A DNA stretch of 64,000 nt, from positions 12,586,001 to 12,650,000 of the forward strand of contig OZ365112.1 in the NCBI GenBank assembly GCA_977030845.1, given 5' to 3'. Shown here one piece after another: positions 26,301-38,300 of this stretch. This DNA is from Fimbriosthenelais zetlandica. Lineage: Eukaryota. The first letter of the stretch is position 1. Each line of letters opens with the position of its first letter. Below the pieces are notes generated by a model. That model did no database searches. It was not told the DNA's origin and saw nothing but the letters and a program-made list of their open reading frames with translations. The position numbers and the translations under genes were made by a program.

Positions 26301-29300
26301 AAACAGACTATAGTAATACTTTTCTAAGATTGATAAAAGTAGGTGTGGAACTTACCTCTATGCTAAAGTAACCTCTGTCTACATAGTCTCCTAGGAAGAG
26401 GTAGCGTGTTGTTGCTGGTGGACCTCCTACTTCAAATAATTTCATGAGGTCATAGAACTGACCATGTATGTCTCCACATACTGCAAGAAAATAAAGACCT
26501 CATTATAAGATACTTCAACGAACACAACGAGAGAAAGGAATAAATTATTTCATGACAAATCTGCCATGGACGCAATAACATGTTCACTTATTAAATTTGG
26601 GGTTTATATTTTATATTATATTTATTTTTTATTGAAGAAAAAATCTCGCTATCATCAGTAGTTTTGCTTGGAAGAATGAGGAACAGTTCATCTTAATTTC
26701 AGGCCCAGTCTCATACTGTTGAGTTACCAACAAAGCTTGTGGACATTTGGCAAGTGGAGCTAACCCACCATGCAAATTTCAGCACCTGGACTTGCATAAA
26801 TACTAAGCACCAACTTCTAAATGCCTTCTTATTGCGGTCGTGCTGAAAGGACCCCCAACTTTCATACCCAGCAAAAAGATGGCGAGGTCCCTGGATCAAG
26901 CCCAATAGTGGCCAGCTGGCCCCTGGATCCCCCAATGGGACCCGCGTTCATGAGGAGTCTTCCTTTCTAAGGCCTGTGTATTGAATGTGTTTAATGTTGA
27001 CATCAGTTTACTCAGAGTTCAAGGCTTCAAGTCCATGTGCAAACATTGGTGTGTGGATACACTTACAATATTGAGCGGGGAGCGCCCGCTTGTAATGTAT
27101 TGCCGTCCCGGAGTTTCTCTCAAAGCACATACTGAACACTTAGAACCCCCTTACAGCTCTAACGTCATAGGCTTTCTCCCCTACAAAACATATAGACACT
27201 AATGGAGAACCCATATCAAATTAATATTTAAATAGATCCATGTTTACTTAGTTAAATTTCAAATTAAGTTACTAATAGTTTTGGGTTGAAATAAATCATG
27301 TTTGAATAATGCCCGTTCTTTTCAAAAGGGATGCCCACTATGAAGTAAAACCTTCAATTATTTGTCCCCATCTTTGCAAATATTAAATCAGCAGAGTGTA
27401 TTGGATGGTAATGAGAACATGCTGATGGCCAAATATGTCCTGCAACTTTCTACCGGAAGTTCCAACGCTCGATAAGCCTTTGAAGTATATTTATAGCAAG
27501 TTGCCTACGTGTGCATCTATCTATAGGTAATGATATTATTCTTCCACCCGGAATTGTCACAAACTCTATAAACTGAAAGAGATGATGCCAAAATTAGACC
27601 AGCTACCTCTTAGTGAGTTCTCAAATGCTAGAGGCCTCATCACTTATGCATGACAAGAACAGGGCAAGCAATATGAATACACTTGTCATGACCATGCATA
27701 ACTAGTACACTAGCAGGTAAGCTAAGCTGCCCCCAGTACTATTGGTAGCCTTGCTATTGATCAATCCACCGCCAACCTGACAACACATAAACGATGGATT
27801 CGCTAGGCCTTTTTTTTTTTTACCAGAACTCGGGCTAAGGTTATTGAGCTCCTTTTATTGCAAGATATACAAGACATTTTACGACAACTAACTACACTGG
27901 AATTCAATATCAAAACTTATAGGGTCTGACCTTTTTGTTGAGTATTTTAATTGTTTTTTGATTTTTAAATTTATTTATATTTTGTTTGACAGATTTTGCT
28001 AAGCATAACTAAGGATGCATGGCATGTGTATTTTCAGTTAGATTCAGAGTTGGTTAAAAGGATTTTGATTTTACTCTGAGGCCCAAGGCCCAAGTTTATT
28101 CTTGGTCATGATTCAAAGATTTACAAATATCTAAAGGACTATTTGTTAATTAAAATATTAAATTCGAATTCGTATAAAAAAGAAATTAAAAAGTGGTTAG
28201 AGAATCAATCGAGAAAGGTTTCCATAAATATTCTACAACGGATTCATTTATTAAATGGAGATATCAAATTTTAATAACGGGAATATATTTTAATCACGGG
28301 AATGGCAAAATATTCTGTACTGAAACCTTAAAGTTTGACTGGCCATGGGGAGATGGGACCCGCTGATATGAGAGAGCATCTTCTGGGAATTAATACTGTA
28401 GGAGAAGGAGATGAACATTTTCCATGGCAACCACCTGTGACACGTGGTGAATACCAAATCATCATGGTGATAATTCAACACCGTTTCCATGAATAGCCAC
28501 TATTTAATAAGCCCAGCAACAGCTCGCCATTTCCGGCATCAATTTAACCTATTCCCTTTCTGTATAAGTAAAGGCTGCAGTAACCACTAAATTTTCAATT
28601 TAAGTGAACTACACAGTAGTCGGGGAACAGAACAAGTCTTGGACTGCCGTCTATGTAATGGATAGGTTAGGCTCGGGGGTATAGGATCGTCTGGGGATAT
28701 GAAGAACATTGCTTCTTTTCCTATAGAATCTAGACATTTAGCCTCAAGAGGTGACCAGGGGATGGATGAGGGGGCGGACCACCACCTCCATGATCCTGGG
28801 GATACCCCTTCCGACTCTCGTTTCCTCTAAACCCTCTCCTGCCCACCAACTGCCGACTACACACCTCTCACTCCATCAAGCCCTAGATCTATTTTTGGAG
28901 AGTGGCCAAGTTCTATTTTGAATTTGATCTGCTTGCTTCCCCGTACACTTCAGTGTAGTGGAGATTAGAATAGGGTGGCAAATGCCACTCGAAACAAATA
29001 ATGCAGTATGTCACGGCATGCTTTTATATTGACCAGGGGAAATGAGGGATGGAAAGAAAACAAGTTAGTATGGGGGAGTGAATGCGAGTGGAAGGAGTAG
29101 TCTTTTCGGTAATAATTAATGGAGCATGTGGCTGTGCACTTAGCATGGCTGACAGGTCTGGGGAAGCTTGGGTTCAGGGCAAGCACTTGTAGGCTAGCCA
29201 GGATTGCTGAGGGAATCTCGTGCTCACCTAGAAACGGTGGGCAATAGTGGCATCTCTTGTGGTCTCCCACTGCCTTCAGCTGAAGGTGCATGAGATGTTG

Positions 29301-32300
29301 GGAAACAGAAGCCAAGCAGATGGAGGATCAGCACCGAGCTTACTAACTAATGCTTCACCAGCTGCTCTTCTCCCATCTGCTACTCCTGAGCACTTTATAC
29401 TACTGGAAACCATTAGAGCAGATGCCACTACAGCAGCTGCTCCTTCAACTGCTCATAGGTTCACTGTGAATCCTTTCTTTCCATACTTCATACTTTTGTT
29501 TCTCTATCCCGTTAGAAACCTCAAATGGAATCTCTAGGTAATATACTCTCATTTGATTCAGTTATAACTGATCAGAGATTCAACAGGAAAATATCCAAAT
29601 TATATGAAGAAACCAAGTGGGTCATAAGGGAGATAGGAAAATAAATCTGAGGAGTCATATGCAAGTCAGAGTAGAGATAGCAGGTGGAGGGAGGCTGAGA
29701 GCCTGTATAGGTGGGTCTCAACTGTTATTGCTTCTAGCAGCAGCTGCTTCTGCTCCTGCAGCAGATGGAGCTGCGGCTGCCACTGGCTGGAATCAGCCAG
29801 GAGCAGGCTGGAGAAGGTGGCCAGCAGTAGTAGTAGACCAGGCCACATACTCCTCCTCCTTCTCCTCCTACTCCTCCTCCTGGGGCATGCCCTATCTCAC
29901 CACCTCAAACCATTGTGAGTGGGATGTAGGGAGCTGCATCTCCATAGCACTAATACCACAAGCTTCTATAAGCTGAACGTGTGCTGTGTGATGGGAAAAA
30001 GGTTATAGTGGTAGACTTCTGGATGCAAGTATATATGTGTGTGTGTTTGGGGGCGGGGGTGGGAAGGATGGATCTTGGGCTAGGTAGGTGGGCAATGGTA
30101 GAAGTGCTGATTTTGGATAGGAAGGTTGAGCCGGCTCCGGGGGAAAAGTTGGGAGCTAAGAGAAGTAACATGAACCCTTTAGCACAAGTGAGTACATAAA
30201 GGCAAAAAAACACTCTTATCTCCAGCTCTCTTAAAACAATGAACAAGAGGTCAAGTAAGGGAAATGTCGGAGTGAAACCGAGTGCATGCAGTGCATAAGT
30301 AGAAATTATATTCCTTCATTTGTGAGTAGACTCAGTAGGAAATTATATATACTTGAACTACAAATCAATGAGGAATTTCCTATCTAGAAAATATGGTTCA
30401 ACGTCATAATAGTTTCATTTTAGATATAGTAGTCTTTCTCGCTCAGAGCTATACTGAAGTAATAAGCTGTACCTAGCTGTGAGGAGAAAACGGCAGGCCC
30501 ACTGCCATGTAATACAATCATCCCCTTCTGTGATTCAAGGCTCATCGATCCACTGTTAGATACCTACATATAACAGTCTGTGTTGTGGAAGGCCAGTGTC
30601 CCCAAACAAAGATTATTTTGGTCCAGACAGTCAAAAGAAACCAAATACAATGTCAAGAATGAAGATCTAACGGGCTAAATAGTAATATCCAATACGATCA
30701 TGGAAAGATCTAATAGACAGGGGTTAACTTAACTTGCTATATCATGATAGACTTGATTTATTTGACAATGAAGAGAACCCAAAATGTTGCCACCACATTT
30801 GATGAGCAGTGGTCATGATCAAACCGATAAAATTGAGTCTGACGAATCCACGATTTACTGCCAATGGCCCATGAAAATCTTGTACATGTATTATTGCTGT
30901 TAACAAAAGCACACATTTGAAATCAATACTTGGCTGGTCTTACAATATATAGCAACTAAATATCCCTTAAAATGTGTAGACTGGTGTAAAATTTTACTTC
31001 TAAAGCTAAATTATATGCATAAGAGATGGAGGGAGGTGGGTAGGGTATGTGTTGCGATACATCATCTATATACGATGTCGTGACACTAGGGATTGTCACT
31101 ATGGTTACCTGAGGCCACAATGTGCTACCTTCTTCCTGCCTCACCGGAGCTGGCTAGCCTGACAGGCCAACACAACGCATGCATCATCTCATATCTAATT
31201 CATCCTAGCTTTCCCACATTATCTTAATGGAATTAACACCATCAATCTCTAGAAACGCATGAGAGCCACTCTCAAATCTCAATAGACCAGGAATACAATT
31301 CAACTGATGTAAGCACAAATGATCCATTGCCATCATTTTTTGGGAATATTTTGTACGTGTGCATTTAGATTAATTTTTCAAAACTTTCGTTTCAAAGGAT
31401 CCATTAATCTTGGCCACTTAATTTAATTTTTTCTCCATCAGTTTTCATGAAATAATCAGAGGCTAGTAGATTGGAAATGCTGTCATATGATCGGGCTTCC
31501 ATTATGGTTTCTACGCCTGTTTCTACTTTCGATTATACCTAATCCCATTTTCGGTAATAAGCTTGATGACTGTGAGCAGATTATATGTTTACTTTAAATC
31601 CATTTCCCAGAGATTTACAGTGGCAAGTCCATGTCTATATGTATAAAATAAATATATTTACAATGCCTGAATGGTAATTCAATAGGCCTAAACTAAACAC
31701 ACAAAATACCAAGATAAAACATTAGATTTGGGGGGATATTACAAGCCACTCTCCCTTATTAATGATATATGATACGATGTTTATTAGGAAATCTGATCTT
31801 AATGAAATATAGGAGACTCATAAATTGCCCAAGTAATATACTGTATTTTGAACGAAGGGGATGAAATAATTTTTCCTCTCATGAATTACCACCGGCTGGA
31901 AAATAGATGTACCCCGGCAAAACAGGGCCAGACAGTATTATATCCAGGCACATCTCCCATTTCAGGGCCAGAGTAGGGGCTGGGGCACATTATTTCTCAT
32001 CTACAAAAAAATACCTAAAGATGTCCATACCTAAGTAGGTCAGGTTGACGATGGGACTGGGTAGGGCCTGTATAAACCTACTGCTGGGTACACGTTATGT
32101 GTCAGCTTGAATCCCACACCCCTGCTTTTATATATTACGGACGTTTTTAATATTACCGTATTTGCCGGAGTATAAGCTGTTTTCTTTGGGAGCAGCCTGT
32201 GGTTAATACAACGAAGCGATTTTTATATGAATTTCTATAAAAATCAGCGGTTTACACATACATTTTAACCTGAGCTGCCGGGGGTGCGGCTTATAATTAT

Positions 32301-35300
32301 AGTCAGGTGCGGTTTATAATCCTGCAAATACGGTACCATCTCCCCAATGTTACATCCACTATTAATATTGTACAGTAAGAAATATATACAGGATAATCAG
32401 ATGGCCAGATAATATTAATATAAGTAACAGTAGATGTTATTTAATCCACATATATATGAAGAATAACATGGGTATATTTTTAAAATCATAGGTTGGCAAG
32501 GGATATCTCAATGAGGGAAATTATTGGTACATTGGGAAGGCACTGTGAGTGATGTAGTATGATTGATAAAATCCATCATCAGGCCCTGAGAGTGGGTTGG
32601 TGGGTGCATGTTATGAGGAAGACTGAGGTTGGAGGGTAAGGTGTGGACCTAATAATTATACCTCACAGGGATGACTTGGCTGGCCGCTGTCAAATGTTTG
32701 AAAAGGTCAGTAAACAAGGTGCGTGCCTATTTGAGTGGGTGTTGGATCAGGAGGCAGCGTCCGAAGGCGCTGATTCTTTCTAGCACTAGTAAAATAATAT
32801 TGCCTACTAATTGGAGAGAGAAAGAGCGGGTGAGCGCGCGCGCACGCGAGATGGAGAGAGGGAGAGGGAGGGAGAGAGAGGGAGGGAGGGCAGAGAGAGG
32901 GAGGGAGGGCAGAGAGATCGAGATCGAGAGAGCGACAGAGGAGAGAGAGAGAATAGGGAGAGATGGGCTATGTGGGCTCCGTATAAAAGTAAAATCGCTG
33001 ATTCAACACAAAAGCACCCATCGTCGTGTTTGACACACTAACGCGCACCTAAGTTAATACAGAGAGGGAGGGATGGAGAGATCTACGAGAGGGGGTGGGA
33101 GAGGGAGAGGGGAGGGAGATAGGGAGAAACTTAGAAAGAAAGATAGAGGGTGGGGGGGTGGGGGGGGGGGGGATTACTCTCAGACTAAATTCCACAGTGG
33201 GACGAGTTCGTAAACATGAGGCAAGTAAGGAGTAACAATAGATTGTAGACCCTCTCTACTGAAACCATCCGCCAGCTGTGTAAATATTTACTTTTGTAAA
33301 AATTGATATACCCACCTGCATCATACTATCCCCATCTACTGGTCTACCTGATAATGTGTCTGCATTACGTGGTTCATATTTTGGAGGGATCTTTTTGGAA
33401 CCATATATATATAAAAGTAATATTAAGTTGTAAATTAAAAGTATTCCTGAATTATTTCAAATGCCTCTATCAAAAGCTGGCGGGCCCTAATATATTTTCC
33501 TTATAATAAATAAGAAAAGAAAAATAAGATGGAAATAAAATGCAACTGTGTAGCCGCTTATCTGGTCTTATCTCGCAGTACAAATTATCATCGTAACATA
33601 TGAGGAGAAGAAGTGCTAAGTGTGGGCCGGCAAGGCGGGGCTTATCAGGCAAGTTTATGATACTGGCCCAACTAACACTCGACATTATTACTGTGTGTGC
33701 ACACAAAATACCCAACATACTCGCCCCTATACCGTGGATCATGGCCTGCCTTATAGATCCCTAACACTATCTTGTAAATCCTTAACCTAATCTACTTCAT
33801 TAACAATCATGCCATTCTTACATCAATTCCTAGGTGTGGCCCATTTTTGATGGAGTTTCTACATTCTTCAAGCATATTTTTCCCCACATAATTTTTTAGG
33901 TCATGGTGCATGTATTAGAGAATTGAAGGTTTGAAGGCAGGATGGGAGGGGGAAGGATCTATAAAGTTGAGAGGCCTTTGTAGGTCCTGGTGGTGCCCTG
34001 TACTGTTGCCCTACTTCAGTCAAGCTGTTTTTCTGCTCAGTTCAATAACCATCAATACTAAGTCACGCTGCTTGTACAACACAGCAAATAGAGCAGACCT
34101 AGAGAGCGGGCACTGAGCCAATCAAGAGGGAACATGTCTTTAACAATCAATTTAACATCACACTATTTATAGATTCCGTAGAATTACGAGGGCATGAAGA
34201 AGGTGGAGAATAATACATTTCGAGAAGAAGAAATTAGAACATCATTTTAATTGGCAATATGAGATTTCGGAATGCAGATTTCGGGTGGCGGTTGGATTTG
34301 TAACTTAAAGTTAAGGTTTCATCTGTTGGTGGCAACAAAAGCCAAGGTCATGACTAGTATAGCTGCTGCAGGTATTAGGTTAAAGCAGCCATTGGCATTG
34401 CCCAAGATCTAAGCCAGAAGATTTAGGTCTGGCACTGTGATATAATTCAACTGTAACGGCATTAATTCCCGTAGTAATCCATAAATAGAAAAGAGATCCA
34501 TGGACTTAAAGAAATTAAGATATTTAAAAAGAAAGTCCATACAAGTCCAAACAGTAAGTGGACAAACAGCATGATTCAATCCTTCAATTTTTGTCAGAAG
34601 ACTGCACAAGGAATTTCTACTCTTTATAAAAGAATGATTTAAAAAACTTTTGACCTGAATTTGTCTTGAATGATTGCGTTTCTATAGTATTGAATTGCCA
34701 ATGAATTATACATTTCGCTCAGTCTTTCTCTGGACTGGAATGCAATAAGAGTTGGGAGTTCAGTATACACAATGGGCATCATTCATAGGTTCACCGTCTT
34801 ACAAGTGCATTCTACAATAAACTAGTTTTCGTGATTCCAGGGTATTGGACTTGCATGATCGCTGGTGCAATACAACGGGCAAATAAATCATTAGTGTAAG
34901 TTTCAAATCTAGGTCTATGCCTATACACCATGACAAATTCAACCGGTACTAGGTGGTTCTGGAGATATGGTACAATTCCTGTAACACATTTCTTTTTCAA
35001 AATTGAGTGTAAGATATAAATTAAACTGGAAAGGGGTAGCCTTAAAATCAATCGATTCCACTGGTCAACCATATTTCTTGTCTTCAATCAATGATCATGA
35101 TTTCAGATTTAATGGACTTGTAATGAAGTCAATGATCATGATCTTATTCTTTTACCTGTAAAACTAAAAGTATAAGGATACAGATTTTTTTCTCTATACT
35201 GAAAGGGACAACGTTGCTCTTAGCTACAAACCCTTGATTAATAAAATACCATGGCTTACAACTACGTAGATTTGTCATGCCATGTAAGATTACAAATAGC

Positions 35301-38300
35301 ACGCTATTGGATGCGTGTTCAAGGATGTGGAAGAACATAGAAGGGAATGATAAAATCATTTCAGAGAAAAGTAGACCACCAGTGTGACGGATAGATCACC
35401 AGATCATTTCCAAATTCTCTCAAACGTTCCCCTCCAACACACCTGAAAATTTGCCAGTAGATTATGCATACAGTATCTATTGTCTCCATACTGAATACAT
35501 CATTTTTCCTTTTCAAAATTCATCAAAATGTTCAGATGTTAAATGTAGGGGAGCTGAGTATTATTTAAGGACATGTCCCCATGATTTGATCATCATTCTG
35601 ATCACATTCAATGGGAACACAAGCCTGCACATGCTTACATTTGTCGTGCCACGACCTACAAGGCTTATAAATCCAAATGTCAAAGTTGATAATGGGAGGC
35701 TGCTGGAGAAGGAGGAGTTGATGGACAGTAAATGTAGAGATGATGAAGTGTCGGTCTTGTGCTAGTCTAATTATCGCAGGCGGGCTTTCTCTCTCTCTCC
35801 TTCCTCCCCACCCTCCCAGCCTCCTCCCACCACTCCAGCCAGGCACTGACAAGGGGTGTCAGGTTGTTCCCAGCCCAACAGGTGTCTCACTCTGGATGAA
35901 GTGTGCGGGGGTGGGCCAGGGTGGGGGAGGAGAGTCAGGGAGGGGATAGGAAGGAGGGGTGGGGGAAGGAGGGGTGGGGGAACTCGTGGGTGGGCGCTGG
36001 GTGAGGGAGGTATGGCTAGGAAAAACCACAGGGTTGAGGGAGAAGACATTCCCCAAGGCCAAGGATCCAGGAAGAAGAAATTCACCCATCTACTTCCTTG
36101 AACACTTTACTTTTTTTTAGAATTACAGGGCAAGTGCTCAAGAAGACTGTTATGATTTAATTTTTGAAGTGTCAACTCAAGAAATATGGAGAAGTATCAA
36201 GCAAATAAAATGTTGTGCATGCTTTATATTTCAGGATCAATTAGCACAGTTAACTTGCACTGAAGGACCCATTTAACAGAGTGGTTTTATGATATGATTG
36301 TACATGGAATTATTTGTGTAAGAGAGGGGGGCACCTGTAAATATCTTCCTCTCTGCATGGATCCCCACCATAGAGCACAACAAGCTGGTTCTAGGTAAAC
36401 ATGTAAAGCATTTCTTGCTAGGTTCCTACGAATACCAACCATTATTTAATCACTAACTCCCTGACTGAGACCAAACCCTCCAACATATTCCATGATATAA
36501 ACTCCTCCCAGAATCCTCTACCTTTGAAGAGAGGATAAGGTGGAGAGTATGGAGTTTTATCTTAGCAGAGATGGAAGGTTGTAGGCTCTAGGGCAAGGCG
36601 TTGTCGAGAGTACATATACATGAAGGTTATGCGAATGATATGGGAGTGAGTGTGGATCGTTGGCTAGATACATACATATGTGAAGTGTGAAGCCTCCCAT
36701 CAACAAATTTTCAAACTCAACAACTCAATGAACATAATTTATCTTCGGTCAAATTGGGTCGAATTTGAGATAAATCGAAGGGTATTTTTAGATAAAGCGA
36801 AAGGAAAATGATACGCAATGTACTATTTTTTTAAGACAATTACGTAAATGATCTTAACACATAAAAATATTCATCATAGGAACAAGTCTCTCTGATATAA
36901 ACTGTGACAACTGGCACCGACACTGAGATCCTGAAGGCTGGGGATTCCCTTATTATCAATATCTTGGAGCAGCTTATCATCTGCGAGCTGCTCAAGTCGT
37001 ACCAAGCATTCCAGAATACATGGATCACCTATACACTTGACCCTGTATCGAGCGAGTACTCGCAGACTCAGGTCTTCTCCACCTCCACCTGCTCCTTCCT
37101 CCCACCTTTACCTACATACAGTGAGCAGATGCTCACTAGGCGATCTGCTCAGGACCTCCTATACATACACACCTAGCCCCCTCCTACTCCTCCTCCACTT
37201 CCTCACCCACCGCCACATACCTCTCCATCCACAGCCTACAAACCTACTTCTGTGTCAAAACTTCCGCCTATGCTCTCGAGCAACATCAAAAACACTAGTC
37301 TACGGTACCTTGAGCCACACCTAATGTTGAGCTCATACAGCTGAGTTCTAACAAAAGTGGATACACAGTCAACCCAAAAATAATGAAGAAATGATATACA
37401 CCACCTACTTCCAAGTTCAAAATCAAATGCCATTAGAGTAAATGTGACATTGATAATGAAATCTGATGACATAAAATCAGGGAGGCATTATTTAATATTT
37501 GCATGATACAAGTAGGGTAGAGTGGGGCTTCAAAAGGAACCATTGCATGACAACAAAAATCATCAGCATCAATACTATCACTTCCTCATCATCTAGCAGC
37601 AAAATCCCATAATGATATCCAGCAATCTCAACATATTCCCATTAAATTTCAACCAGAGATATCTGTTAAAACCAGACCCTTTGATTTCTGATATTTTTCC
37701 TCATATTACAGTTTACCACAATTTATACAAAGGTCAACGTAGGCATGTGGAAAGCCAAAGGGCTTGGTTTTCCTTTAGTGAATAAGCCCGTACACGTACG
37801 TTCAGCTGCTATTGAGAGTTATTGCTTCATTAAAGCATCATTTATTTAGGCACTAGTGATGGGGATTGTGCCAGTGATGCCTTCTACTACTAGTATTGCA
37901 TGACCTGGCCGGCCTGACAGCACTCATTCATTCTCAGAGAAAGCATGGTGATTTCAACTGATCAATATTAGGGCTCTCTCTTCCTAAAAATCACATCGGA
38001 TCTCTATTTCTTCATGATACGATCATGATATCCCCACTAAATTTCACCCAGACACCTAGTATTTTCCATACAAGAAAGCTGTCATATTTATTTTTATGTA
38101 AAACCCATTTTCTCCATAATGTATACAGGTGCAATGTCGTCCATTGTAGTGTTGTACCATTATCCACAAAGGATGCCAACCAGATACCTTTACTATACAA
38201 TTGTTCTTACATAACATAATGAGTATATTTAGCCGGCTTACCTGTGACAGGGGCCTCTATATCTATCATGGTTTTCTCTTGCCGTAGTAAGGCAGCACCT

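Noticed and set aside
29666-29848. 60-aa ORF with a signal-peptide-like start ([12 protein letters not shown])
   Set aside because: Explained by CTG/CTA-rich low complexity; no splice or domain support.
32671-33041. R/E/G-rich ORFs of 120 and 76 aa
   Set aside because: Translations of GA microsatellite.
34270-34500. Further DIRS RNase H-like echo (ADFGWR...SINRKE), with similar weak echoes at ~26850 and ~36920
   Set aside because: Too degenerate to list as features without a profile search; used only to set the approximate extent of the fossil region.
35740-36101. Cluster of overlapping G/P-rich ORFs
   Set aside because: Low-complexity purine/pyrimidine tracts depleted of stops.
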